From Planctomycetota bacterium (GTDB lineage Bacteria > Planctomycetota > Planctomycetia > Pirellulales > Lacipirellulaceae): a stretch of DNA of 18,064 nt. Where the stretch lies: contig JBCCXZ010000067.1 of assembly GCA_039190745.1 (NCBI GenBank), positions 1 to 18,064 on the forward strand, in the 5' to 3' direction. This document shows positions 1 through 8,032 of the stretch, piece after piece. A program made the translations under genes and the position numbers. Numbering within the stretch: position 1 is the stretch's first letter; each line of letters begins with the position of its first letter. Below the pieces are notes generated by a model that saw nothing but the letters and a program-made list of their open reading frames with translations, had not been told where the DNA came from and searched no databases.

Positions 1-43
1 CATGCGGCTCTGACAGCGATGTCATCCGAAAACCTTCTGACAT
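1..43 (-). CDS. Possible 5' end of a gene running off the window (MSEGFRMTSLSEPH...)
   Basis: Minus-strand ATG at 43 preceded by GGAG, with an in-frame ATG at 25 preceded by AGAAGG. Frame is open to the window edge; too short to identify. Confidence 0.3.
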   Translation of the reverse strand, partial: MSEGFRMTSLSEPH

Positions 44-82
44 GGGCTCCCAATCGCTCGATCGAGGGTCGTCACCTAGATT

Positions 83-514
83 CTACGCGAGATCCCGATC
101 CGGGAATATCTCCAGGGTTAAGCAGTAGTCCGTAAACCCCACAGCCCGCCAAAACTCCACCGCGGCGGTGTTCGTCACTAGCACGTCCACCGTCAGCCGC
201 TTGCCCTTCGGCCAATGGCGGTCCCGCAGCTCCGCGATGGCCTGCCGCCCGACCCCGCGCCGCCTTTGGTCGGGCAACACGAGGAACTGACGCAAGTAGA
301 CGCCCTCGCCGCCTACTCTATACAGAGCGTAGGCAAGGGGGCCCGCTTCGTCCTCAAAAACCCTCGCCGTGTACTCGCCCCCAAGCCAGCCCCGCATGCG
401 GGCTTCGAGCTCGTCGATGCCCATTGGGTTGCGGTGCCCAGAATCGGCGATCAACTGCGCGTTCAGTTCCGCGAGCAACCGGCTGTCGTTGACCGTGGCG
501 GGTCGGCACTGCAT
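83..514 (-). CDS. GNAT family N-acetyltransferase
   Basis: Acetyl-CoA motif A (FLVLPDQRRRGVGR) and motif B (NTAAVEFWRAVGF). Start set at ATG 514 (MQCRPAT) with GGAG upstream. Confidence 0.85.
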   Translation of the reverse strand: MQCRPATVNDSRLLAELNAQLIADSGHRNPMGIDELEARMRGWLGGEYTARVFEDEAGPLAYALYRVGGEGVYLRQFLVLPDQRRRGVGRQAIAELRDRHWPKGKRLTVDVLVTNTAAVEFWRAVGFTDYCLTLEIFPDRDLA

Positions 515-528
515 CTCGTGCTTCTCCG

Positions 529-563
529 ATCCTGTCCATCCCAGCAAATCCTGTCATCCCGTC
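529..563. repeat. Four near-tandem copies of an 8-mer (ATCCTGTC, ATCCCAGC, ATCCTGTC, ATCCCGTC)
   Basis: Copies start at 529, 538, 548 and 556; they read as GACAGGAT-like units on the minus strand. Confidence 0.75.
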
Positions 564-586
564 AAAAAAACCGCTCACCGCGGCTT
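564..586 (-). terminator. Putative intrinsic terminator overlapping the thiG stop
   Basis: Minus strand AAGCCGC-GGTGA-GCGGTTTTTTT: short GC stem with the TGA stop in the loop, then a T7 run. Confidence 0.5.
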
Positions 587-1408
587 CAGTGAGATGACGC
601 CCTCTTCCGGGCTGCTGGCCGTGGCGTACAGCTTCTTGGGGATGCGACCGCTCAGGTACGCCAGCCGCCCCGCCTCGGTCGCCAGCCGCATCGCCCGCGC
701 CATGCCGTACGGGTCGGCCGCGTGGGCGACCGCCGTGTTGAGCAGCACACCGTCGACGCCCAGCTCCATCGCCTCGGCCACGTCGCTCGCGGTGCCGACG
801 CCCGCGTCGACGATCACCGGGTAGTCGGGGTCGTTCTCTTTCAGGTACTCCATGCAGATGCGGATGTTGTTGGGGTTGAGGATGCCCTGCCCCGAGCCGA
901 TCGGGCTGCCGGCGGGCATCACGCTCGCGGCGCCCGCCTCCTTCAGCCGCCGGGCCACCACCGGGTCGTCCGTCGAGTAGCACAGCACCTGGAAGCCGTC
1001 GGCCACCAGCATCTCGGTCGCTTCGATCGTCGCCACAGGGTCCGGCAGCAGCGTGCGGGTGTCGCTCAGCACTTCGAGCTTCACCCAGTCGGCGCCTGGG
1101 TTCTCTAGGCCCAGCAAAATCTCGCGGCCCAGCCGGGCCACCCGCACCGCGTCGTCGGCGTTGAAGCAGCCCGCCGTGTTGGGCAGCAGCGTGTACCGCT
1201 CGGTGTCGATGAAGTCGAGCAGGTTGTTCCCGTCCGCGTCGATCAGCCGCTCGCGCCGAACCGCGACCGTGATGCAGTCCGTACCGGAAAGCTCCAGCGA
1301 TTTCTGCATCTCGGCGTGCGTAGCATACTTGCCGGTGCCGACAATCAGCCGGCTGCTGAGCGTGTGCGTGCCGACGCGGAGCGTGTCGGCGGAGACGTCG
1401 GTAGACAT
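575..1408 (-). CDS. thiG: Thiazole synthase ThiG
   Basis: [23 protein letters not shown] (Schiff-base Lys), [28 protein letters not shown]; adjacent to thiS. ATG at 1408 chosen. Confidence 0.97.
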   Translation of the reverse strand: MSTDVSADTLRVGTHTLSSRLIVGTGKYATHAEMQKSLELSGTDCITVAVRRERLIDADGNNLLDFIDTERYTLLPNTAGCFNADDAVRVARLGREILLGLENPGADWVKLEVLSDTRTLLPDPVATIEATEMLVADGFQVLCYSTDDPVVARRLKEAGAASVMPAGSPIGSGQGILNPNNIRICMEYLKENDPDYPVIVDAGVGTASDVAEAMELGVDGVLLNTAVAHAADPYGMARAMRLATEAGRLAYLSGRIPKKLYATASSPEEGVISLKPR

Positions 1409-1450
1409 CGGCAAGGTTTCCTGAAGCTAGAATTTATTGCGGAACGCGGT

Positions 1451-1651
1451 TCATCCGCCGCCGACTAGCGTGACGACCTCCAGTTGATCGCCCCCCACAA
1501 GCCGCGTCTCGTTGTGCCGCTCACGCGGTACAACCTCGCGGTTGCGTTCGACCGCCAGGTAGCGGCGGTCGAGCTTGAGCTCCTGCAGAAGGTCGGTGAT
1601 GGTGCTGCCGTCGGGAAGCTCCCGAGGCTCGCCGTTGACATCTACGCGCAT
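1451..1651 (-). CDS. thiS: Sulfur carrier protein ThiS
   Basis: 66 aa, MRVDVNGE...[11 protein letters not shown]...[10 protein letters not shown] with C-terminal GG; directly upstream of thiG. Confidence 0.95.
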   Translation of the reverse strand: MRVDVNGEPRELPDGSTITDLLQELKLDRRYLAVERNREVVPRERHNETRLVGGDQLEVVTLVGGG

Positions 1652-1724
1652 CGAAACCTTCTTGTGGGGCCGCCAGCGGCTCGTAGAGCCGTGGCTAGTT
1701 GCGTGTGATCGCTCGAACCTGGGG

Positions 1725-2249
1725 TCAATCCCTGACGAAGGTCGTCCGGAACGCCCCGCCGGCCACGTTGTAGAACTCACCCCGCTGCGGCTTACCCGCG
1801 GCGTTGAGGCTCGAGTTCCAGGGGATCGCGTAGGCGTTCACGTTGCCGCTGTTCGCCTCGGCGATATAGATCAGGCTGTTGCCGATTTGCGTCGCCCCCC
1901 GGCCGCGGGGGATGTCGGCCAGACCGGTCACCATCAGGTACTTGGGGTTCTTGCTCAGCGAGCCGCCGAAGTCGCCCTGGATGTTCTTCTCGTAGAACGC
2001 CACAAACTCCGCGGTGCGCCGGCTCACGACCGCGGCACGCAGGTCGCCCGTTAGGAAGTCGAGAAAGTAAAACGCCTCGATCCCGTTGTCGACCAGACCC
2101 GTGGCGATCGCGAAGTTCGCCTCGCCGTGCGTGGCGGTGGCGCTCACCGGCACGCTGGGGACCCAGTCCTGCTGGAGCCCGACGACCGTCGCGCCGACCG
2201 CCGCGCCCACAATCACCAACGCCGCGTGGTTGCAGACCTTTTGAAACAC
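1725..2249 (-). CDS. Hypothetical exported or membrane-anchored protein
   Basis: GTG start with GGAGGG upstream; N-terminal hydrophobic stretch ([17 protein letters not shown]) and an ATA motif; beta-rich remainder; fills the gap in a same-strand run. Confidence 0.75.
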   Translation of the reverse strand: MFQKVCNHAALVIVGAAVGATVVGLQQDWVPSVPVSATATHGEANFAIATGLVDNGIEAFYFLDFLTGDLRAAVVSRRTAEFVAFYEKNIQGDFGGSLSKNPKYLMVTGLADIPRGRGATQIGNSLIYIAEANSGNVNAYAIPWNSSLNAAGKPQRGEFYNVAGGAFRTTFVRD

Positions 2250-2372
2250 CGCACGCCCTCCGCTCTGGCCGGATCGGTTGCGCCGGCGCCACGTCGGAGC
2301 CGGCTCGCTCTGCGATCCTACCGCTTCGGCAAAAGCGAGGCTAGGGTGCGGCCTGGGCGGCCTCGGGCCGGC

Positions 2373-3056
2373 TCAATCGCTGCTGCCGCCGCCGGCGAAC
2401 CGCATCAGGTAGTACAGCAGAGTCAGCACCGCCTGCAGCGTGCCGGCCACATAGGTCCACGCTGCTGCGTTCAACACGCCGTTCACGTAGGTCATGTCCT
2501 GCTGCGCGACGATGCCGTGATCGACCAGAAGCCGCTTCGCGCGGTTGCTGGCGTCGAACTCGACGGGGAGGTTCACGATCTGGAAGAACGCAACGCAGCC
2601 GAAGGCGATGATGCCTAACCAGATCAACGGCTGGGCCTGCATGAAGATGCCGGCCATCAGCATGATAAAACTCATGTTGCCCCCGAACGTGGCCGCGGGG
2701 ACCGCCGCGTTGCGGATCACGAGCGGGCCGTAGTTCTGAGCGTCCTGTAGTGCGTGGCCTGCCTCGTGGGCGGCGATGCCCACCGCAGCGCACGAGCGCG
2801 TGGCGTACACCGGTTCGCTCAACCGGAGGACCTTGGCGCTCGGGTCATAGTGGTCACTCAGCTTACCGGGCACACGCTCGATGCCGACGTCCTGCAGCCC
2901 GGCAGCGTCGAGCAGGTGCCGCGCCGCCGCCGCGCCGGTCAACCCGGCGCTAACTTCCTGGGCCTTCGCAAACTGCGACTTCACCCGCCACTGGGCCCAC
3001 AGCATGAGCACCAGGGCCGGAGAGATCATCAAAAAGTAGAGCGGGTCGAAGAACAT
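2373..3056 (-). CDS. YugP-like membrane zinc metallopeptidase (Zn_peptidase_2 family)
   Basis: LSDHYDP..KVLRLS, HEAGH (HExxH), LPVEFDASNRA, VLNAAAWTYVA; several hydrophobic segments. Confidence 0.92.
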   Translation of the reverse strand: MFFDPLYFLMISPALVLMLWAQWRVKSQFAKAQEVSAGLTGAAAARHLLDAAGLQDVGIERVPGKLSDHYDPSAKVLRLSEPVYATRSCAAVGIAAHEAGHALQDAQNYGPLVIRNAAVPAATFGGNMSFIMLMAGIFMQAQPLIWLGIIAFGCVAFFQIVNLPVEFDASNRAKRLLVDHGIVAQQDMTYVNGVLNAAAWTYVAGTLQAVLTLLYYLMRFAGGGSSD

Positions 3057-3261
3057 CTTGGTCCCTCAGTCCTTCTGATTGGAAAGCGTTTTGGGGGAAT
3101 CCGAGGCGGGAGAGCAGGAATGCTCTCAGGGCTGTACGCGATCGAGCCCCTGGGGGTTCATAAAGTCGCCCGTACCGCACAAAAAGAGCGTAGCTTCTAT
3201 CGCCCGCCGAGACGACCGGATTTTCCGATTGCAACGCTTCGGTTTTCTGAAGGTTGACGCC

Positions 3262-4398
3262 TCAGGCCTCGGCCAAGATCTGCTCGCCCGCTTGCCAGCG
3301 GTCGCCCTCCCGCTCGATCCGGCGATAGAGCGTGTCCCGCTCGATCGGCTCGCGGCCCGCCTCGGTGATCAGCCGGCGGATCTCCTCCACGCTCAGCACC
3401 TCGGGCGTCTCGGCCCCCGCGTCGTGGTAAATCAACTCGTGCCGCACCGTGCCGTCGATGTCGTCCGCCCCGTAGGAGAGCGCAATCTGGGCCGTGCCGA
3501 TGCCGAGCATAATCCAGTACGCCTTCACGTGCGGCACGTTGTCGAGCATCAGACGGCTAACGGCCATCGTCCGCAGGTCCATCGTGCCCGAGGGCTTCGG
3601 CAGATGGGCCAGCCCTGTGTTGTCCGGGTGGAACGCCAACGGGATGAACGTCTGGAACCCGCCGGTCTCGTCCTGCAGCTCGCGGAGCCGCAGCAGGTGG
3701 TCGATGCGGTGGTAGGCCTCTTCGATGTGGCCGTAGAGCATCGTGCAGTTGCTGCGGATACCAAGATTGTGCGCGGCGCGGTGCGTCTCGAACCACCGGC
3801 CGGCGTCGGCCTTGTGCTCGCAGATCTTGTGACGCACCTCGGGGTGGAAGATCTCGGCGCCGCCGCCGGGGAGGCTCCCCAGGCCGGCTTCCTTCATATC
3901 CTCGACGCACCAGGCAATGCTCTTGCCCGTGATGCGGGCGAACCACTCGAACTCCACCGGCGTCCACGCCTTCAGGTGCAGCTCGGGGTACGCCTCGTGC
4001 AGCACGCTGATCACCCGGCGGTACCAGTCGTACTTCGCCTGGTGGTGCAGGCCGCCGACGATGTGCATCTCGGTGCAGCCGTTGTCCAACGCTTCCTGAC
4101 CGCGGGCGAGCACCTGCTCGTCGTTCATCCAGTAACCCTTCGCGTCGCGCAGGTCGGCGCGGAACGCGCAGAACGTGAAGCGGTAGACGCAGACGTTCGT
4201 CGGGTTCAGGTGCGTGTTGATGTTGTAGTAAGCCGCGTTGCCGTTCTTCCGCTCGCGCACCAGGTTGGCCAGCTCGCCGAGCTCCGGCAGCGGCACGTCG
4301 CGGTCGTAGAGCAGCAGCCCGTCGTCAAGCGTCAGCCGTTCACCGGCTTCGACCTTCTCGCGGATCGGCTGCAGTATGGGGGACGAGGTGCGGAGCAT
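3262..4398 (-). CDS. mqnE: Aminofutalosine synthase MqnE (radical SAM, CofH/MqnC/MqnE family); second cluster Cys reads as Phe
   Basis: HLNPTNVC, EMHIVGGLH, HLKAWT, SLPGGGAE, TMLYGHIE, FIPLAFHPDNT, HVKAYWIMLG, GADDIDGT, H.AGA; clustered with quinone genes. Confidence 0.9.
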   Translation of the reverse strand: MLRTSSPILQPIREKVEAGERLTLDDGLLLYDRDVPLPELGELANLVRERKNGNAAYYNINTHLNPTNVCVYRFTFCAFRADLRDAKGYWMNDEQVLARGQEALDNGCTEMHIVGGLHHQAKYDWYRRVISVLHEAYPELHLKAWTPVEFEWFARITGKSIAWCVEDMKEAGLGSLPGGGAEIFHPEVRHKICEHKADAGRWFETHRAAHNLGIRSNCTMLYGHIEEAYHRIDHLLRLRELQDETGGFQTFIPLAFHPDNTGLAHLPKPSGTMDLRTMAVSRLMLDNVPHVKAYWIMLGIGTAQIALSYGADDIDGTVRHELIYHDAGAETPEVLSVEEIRRLITEAGREPIERDTLYRRIEREGDRWQAGEQILAEA

Positions 4399-4424
4399 GG
4401 GATTCTTGAGGTGCTGTCGTTCGC

Positions 4425-5450
4425 TCAGAACATGAGGATGTCCGCAGTGCCAACCGCGAGCAAACCCACGCTAATCACGGCGTTGACGTTGAAAAACGCC
4501 ACATTCACGCGGTCGAGGTCGTCGGGCCGGACCAGGGCGTGCTCGTAGACCAGCAGTATGGCGACCGCGGCCACCCCCAACCAGTACAACCAGCCCAGCG
4601 GCGGGTACACCAACGGCAGCGCCGCCAGCAGGGCGACCGTCGCCGCGTGGCACGCGGATGCCAGCCGGAGGGCCCCGGCCACGCCCAGCCGGGTCGGCAC
4701 GCTCCGCAGCCCGACCTCTTTATCATAAGCGTAGTCCTGGCAGGCGTAGATGATGTCGAACCCCGCCACCCACGCCAGCACGGCCCCGCCGAGTACCACC
4801 GGCGGCAGCAGATCTAAGGGATCGGCCATCACCGCCTCGCCGCGGATGGCAATCCACGCCGCCACGGGCGACATCGCCAACGCCGCCCCGAGCCAAAAGT
4901 GCGCCAGCGACGTGAACCGCTTCGTGTAGCTGTACCCGCACAAGAACGCGAGCACCGGCACGGAGAGGTACAGCGGCAACCGGTTCGGCAGGAACAGCAG
5001 CGTGCTCGCCACAAACGCCGCCGAGCAAACGAGCGCAAACCCGCCGACTTGTGCAGCGCTCAGGATCCCCGCCGGGATGTGCCGCCCCGCCGTCCGCGGA
5101 TTCTCAGCGTCAATGTCGCGGTCGACGAAACGGTTAAACGCCATCGCAGCGCTCCGCGCAAACACCATGCAGAGCAGGATCCCAACGAGTTCTTGCCAGC
5201 GGATCGCAAGCCTGGACTCAAAGAGCCAATCGAGCGGGAGGGTCATTGAACCGACCGAGACCTCCATGTCGTGCAGCGCAGAGAAGCTGCCGTCCGCATG
5301 CTCAGTTATGAAAGCCGAATCGAACCCGTCCGCCTGCTGCAACCTCCTCAGTCGCCAAGCCATCACGGCCGCCAAGAGCGCGAACGGCAACGCAAACAGC
5401 GTGTGGCTGAAACGGATAAGAGACAGGAAGTGTCGCACGGTCTGCAGCAT
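4425..5450 (-). CDS. mqnP: UbiA-family polyprenyltransferase of the futalosine pathway (MqnP-like)
   Basis: IRFSHTLFALPFA, RSAAMAFNRFVDRDIDAENPRT, GFDIIYACQDYAYD, YEH, AFFNVN; multiple TM helices. An alternative GTG start lies at 5453. Confidence 0.88.
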   Translation of the reverse strand: MLQTVRHFLSLIRFSHTLFALPFALLAAVMAWRLRRLQQADGFDSAFITEHADGSFSALHDMEVSVGSMTLPLDWLFESRLAIRWQELVGILLCMVFARSAAMAFNRFVDRDIDAENPRTAGRHIPAGILSAAQVGGFALVCSAAFVASTLLFLPNRLPLYLSVPVLAFLCGYSYTKRFTSLAHFWLGAALAMSPVAAWIAIRGEAVMADPLDLLPPVVLGGAVLAWVAGFDIIYACQDYAYDKEVGLRSVPTRLGVAGALRLASACHAATVALLAALPLVYPPLGWLYWLGVAAVAILLVYEHALVRPDDLDRVNVAFFNVNAVISVGLLAVGTADILMF

Positions 5451-5483
5451 CACAAGCAGAGGCTGACTCTGTTTTCACGGCAC

Positions 5484-5569
5484 AACGATGAACGATGAGC
5501 GATAAACGATGAGCATCTTCAGAACAGAGCCCCCCGGCCATTCATCACTCATCGCTCATCGTTCATCAC
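5484..5569. repeat. Inverted pair of heptamer tandem arrays: (AACGATG)x4 ... (TCATCRY)x4
   Basis: 5484-5511 AACGATG AACGATG AGCGATA AACGATG; 5542-5569 TCATCAC TCATCGC TCATCGT TCATCAC. The arms are approximate reverse complements. Confidence 0.9.
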
Positions 5570-5573
5570 TTCC

Positions 5574-6260
5574 CTACTCTCCCCACCGCTGGATGATCGC
5601 GTTCTCGATCCCCAGCTGGTCGCAGATGCGACCGACAATAAAGTCAACCAGGTCGCGGAGCGTCGTCACCCCGTGGTACCAACCGGGCGAGGCCGGCAGC
5701 ACCACCGCCCCCGCCTGGGTCGCCAGCCGCATGTTCTCGATCGCCGGCAGCGAGAGCGGCGTCTCTCGAGGCACGAGGATGAGCTTGCGGCGCTCCTTGA
5801 GGTGTACCTCCGCGGCCCGTTGTATGAGATTGCCCGCGGCGCCGTGGGCGATGGCGCTCAGCGTCGTGCCCGAGCAGGGGCAGACGACCATCCCCCGCGT
5901 GAGGAACGAACCGCTGGCGATCCCCGCGTTGAAGTCCCGCCAGTGGTGGTAGACCAAGCTGCCGGGCCGGCCGGACTCGACCGACAGCACGTTGCTGTCG
6001 GCGGTGCCGATGCCCGCTTGGGCCTGGAGCATGGCGATCTTGCTGTCCGCCGCCTCAGAGATGTTATCGAGCATCAGATCGGCGGCGCTGAACTCGTCGA
6101 GATCGACCATCAGGTCCATCTCTTCCTCGATGACCTGCTTGCCTGCCGGGCTGATCGACACGTGCACGTTGTAACCCGTCGAGAGCAGCACCTCGATCAG
6201 ACGCACGGAGTACACCGCCCCGCTCGCTCCGCTGATCGCAACCACGATGTCTTTGCTCAT
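5574..6260 (-). CDS. ubiX: Flavin prenyltransferase UbiX family
   Basis: IVVAISGASGAVY, IASGSF, CPCSGTTL, RAAEVHLKERRKL, PRETP. Start at ATG 6260. Confidence 0.95.
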   Translation of the reverse strand: MSKDIVVAISGASGAVYSVRLIEVLLSTGYNVHVSISPAGKQVIEEEMDLMVDLDEFSAADLMLDNISEAADSKIAMLQAQAGIGTADSNVLSVESGRPGSLVYHHWRDFNAGIASGSFLTRGMVVCPCSGTTLSAIAHGAAGNLIQRAAEVHLKERRKLILVPRETPLSLPAIENMRLATQAGAVVLPASPGWYHGVTTLRDLVDFIVGRICDQLGIENAIIQRWGE

Positions 6261-6291
6261 GTCACTCGCACCCGTAGGAAGCCGCCTACAA

Positions 6292-7059
6292 TCAACCCTC
6301 GGTCGCGGGTTTGGTCCCAACATAGAGCGTCGCCACGCCCAGCGTAAACACGCGACGCCAGCAGTCGGTCAGCCCCGCCACACGCATCCGGTCGAGCAGC
6401 GCCTCGCCCTGGGGGAATTCGCCGACGCTCTCGGGCAGGTAGTGGTACGCGTCCCAACTGTTCCTCGCTACGAGCTGACCGATCCGCGGCAGCACGTTGC
6501 GGAAGTACCAGCCGTACACCGCCTTAAACGGCTGCCACTGCGGCGTGGAAAACTCCAGCACCGCCAACCGGCCGCCCGGCTTGCAGACGCGCGTCATCTC
6601 GCGGATCCCCGCGTCGGTGTCGGCGACGTTCCGCAGCCCGAACGCGACCGAGACCACGTCGAAGTGGTCGTCGGGCATCGGCAAGTGCTGCGTGTCGGCC
6701 TCGATAAACTCTGGACCGCCTTCGGCGGTCTTCACGCCCTTCTCCCTGCCGATGTCGAGCATCTCCGGGCAGAAGTCGGTCGCGATGACCTCGGCCTTGC
6801 CATCCGCCTTGTTGTGGTAGGCGATTGCCAGGTCGCCGGTGCCGGTGCAGGCGTCCAGCACCCGCCCGCCGGGCACGGGCGGAACTAGCCGCGCCGTGCG
6901 CCAACGCCAGTAGCGGTCGATGTTGAGCGACAGCACATGGTTCAGCAGGTCGTAACGCCCGGCGATCTGGCCGAACATCTGCTGGACCTTCGGCCCCGAT
7001 TTGTCGACGCCATCGGACGGGTGTGCAGGCTGGGCCGGTTGTGTTGCTGCGGAAGCCAT
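6292..7059 (-). CDS. ubiE: Demethylmenaquinone methyltransferase UbiE/MenG
   Basis: VQQMFGQIAGRYDLLNHVLS, LDACTGTGD (SAM motif I), AFGLRNV, LEFS, YLPESV. Start at ATG 7059. Confidence 0.95.
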   Translation of the reverse strand: MASAATQPAQPAHPSDGVDKSGPKVQQMFGQIAGRYDLLNHVLSLNIDRYWRWRTARLVPPVPGGRVLDACTGTGDLAIAYHNKADGKAEVIATDFCPEMLDIGREKGVKTAEGGPEFIEADTQHLPMPDDHFDVVSVAFGLRNVADTDAGIREMTRVCKPGGRLAVLEFSTPQWQPFKAVYGWYFRNVLPRIGQLVARNSWDAYHYLPESVGEFPQGEALLDRMRVAGLTDCWRRVFTLGVATLYVGTKPATEG

Positions 7060-7106
7060 GGCGGGTAACTGGCAGGAGGGATTTCCCAGAACGGCGTGCC
7101 GGGCCG

Positions 7107-7116
7107 TAGGATAGCA
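7107..7116. promoter_or_regulatory. Overlapping divergent -10-like boxes between ubiE and comB
   Basis: Plus strand TAGGAT (7107-7112); minus strand TG-C-TATCCT (7116-7108), extended -10 shape. Motif inspection only. Confidence 0.35.
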
Positions 7117-7185
7117 CCCCGGAGCATCCGCCACACGGCTCAAACCGGCCCCGACGCGGGGCTATTAACCCCCGCAGACACGCCC

Positions 7186-7950
7186 ATGGCCTCGGTCGAA
7201 GTCCATTACCTGCCGCAGTTTGTCGCCGAGTCCGACCTCGCTGGCGCCACCGTCGTCGTGGTCGACCTCGTCCGCGCCTCGACGACCATCTGCCAAGCGC
7301 TCGCCTCGGGCGCAACCCATTTCCTGGCCTGCCTCGAGGTCGACGACGTCGCACGGCAAGCCGAAGGGCTCGACCGAGACGGCGTCGTCCTCGGCGGTGA
7401 ACGGGGCGGTGAGATCATCCCCGGCTTCGACCTGGGCAACTCCCCCGCCGAGTACACGCCCGACGAGGTCTACGGCCGCCGGGTGCTCTTCACCACCACC
7501 AACGGCACGCGGGCGATCGAGCACGCCCGGCTCGCCGGCCGGCTGCTGATCGGCGCCGCCGTGAACCGGGCCGCGCTCGTCGCAGACATCGTCCAGAACC
7601 TGCCCGCCGCGCCGCGTGTCTGTGTGTTGTGCGCGGGCACGGCCGGCGTCGTCTCGCGGGAAGACATCCTCGGCGCCGGGGCGATCGTGAGCGGCCTGGC
7701 CAACGCAGGGGTGGAACTCGCCAACGAGTGGGCCGGCGCCGCCCGCGGCGAGTGGCAGGAACTGGAGAACACCGCCCGTTCCGCCCGGCGCTCGGTCGCC
7801 GAGCACTTCGCCCTCGAACTCCGCAACACCCCGGGCGGCAAGAACCTGCTACGGATCGGGATGGACGACGACCTCGCCCGCTGCGCCGCGATCGACACGC
7901 TCGACGTCGTGCCCGAGCGGGCCCCCGGCGGCGAGATCCGCCTGCCGTAG
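7186..7950 (+). CDS. comB: 2-phosphosulfolactate phosphatase family protein (ComB-like)
   Basis: VVVDLVRASTTI, GERGG, FDLGNSP, TTTNGT, SREDILGAG. Start at ATG 7186. Confidence 0.9.
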   Translation: MASVEVHYLPQFVAESDLAGATVVVVDLVRASTTICQALASGATHFLACLEVDDVARQAEGLDRDGVVLGGERGGEIIPGFDLGNSPAEYTPDEVYGRRVLFTTTNGTRAIEHARLAGRLLIGAAVNRAALVADIVQNLPAAPRVCVLCAGTAGVVSREDILGAGAIVSGLANAGVELANEWAGAARGEWQELENTARSARRSVAEHFALELRNTPGGKNLLRIGMDDDLARCAAIDTLDVVPERAPGGEIRLP

Positions 7951-8032
7951 GCGCTCGACGATCACGGCCCGTAGAATGCCGCCTTGGCCTGAGCCACCGC
8001 TCTGCAACATATACGAAAGAAGACGACACCCG

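Noticed and set aside
11..24. Palindrome TGACA-GCGA-TGTCA as an operator
   Set aside because: Single short instance at the window edge, probably inside a coding start; no supporting context.
3057..3261. TPP riboswitch ahead of the thi genes
   Set aside because: CUGAGA is present but the ACCUGAU / UAAU / GCG-AGGGA half is missing; kept only as a generic hairpin observation.
3262..4398. Radical SAM gene as thiH, given nearby thiS/thiG
   Set aside because: Motifs (SLPGGGAE, HVKAYWIMLG, H.AGA) and neighbours fit MqnE.
5484..5569. CRISPR array
   Set aside because: 7-nt tandem units without unique spacers; no cas genes.
7951..8032. T-box or glycine riboswitch before glyQS
   Set aside because: Only 82 nt of spacer and no T-box consensus; just a TAGAAT -10-like hexamer at 7972.
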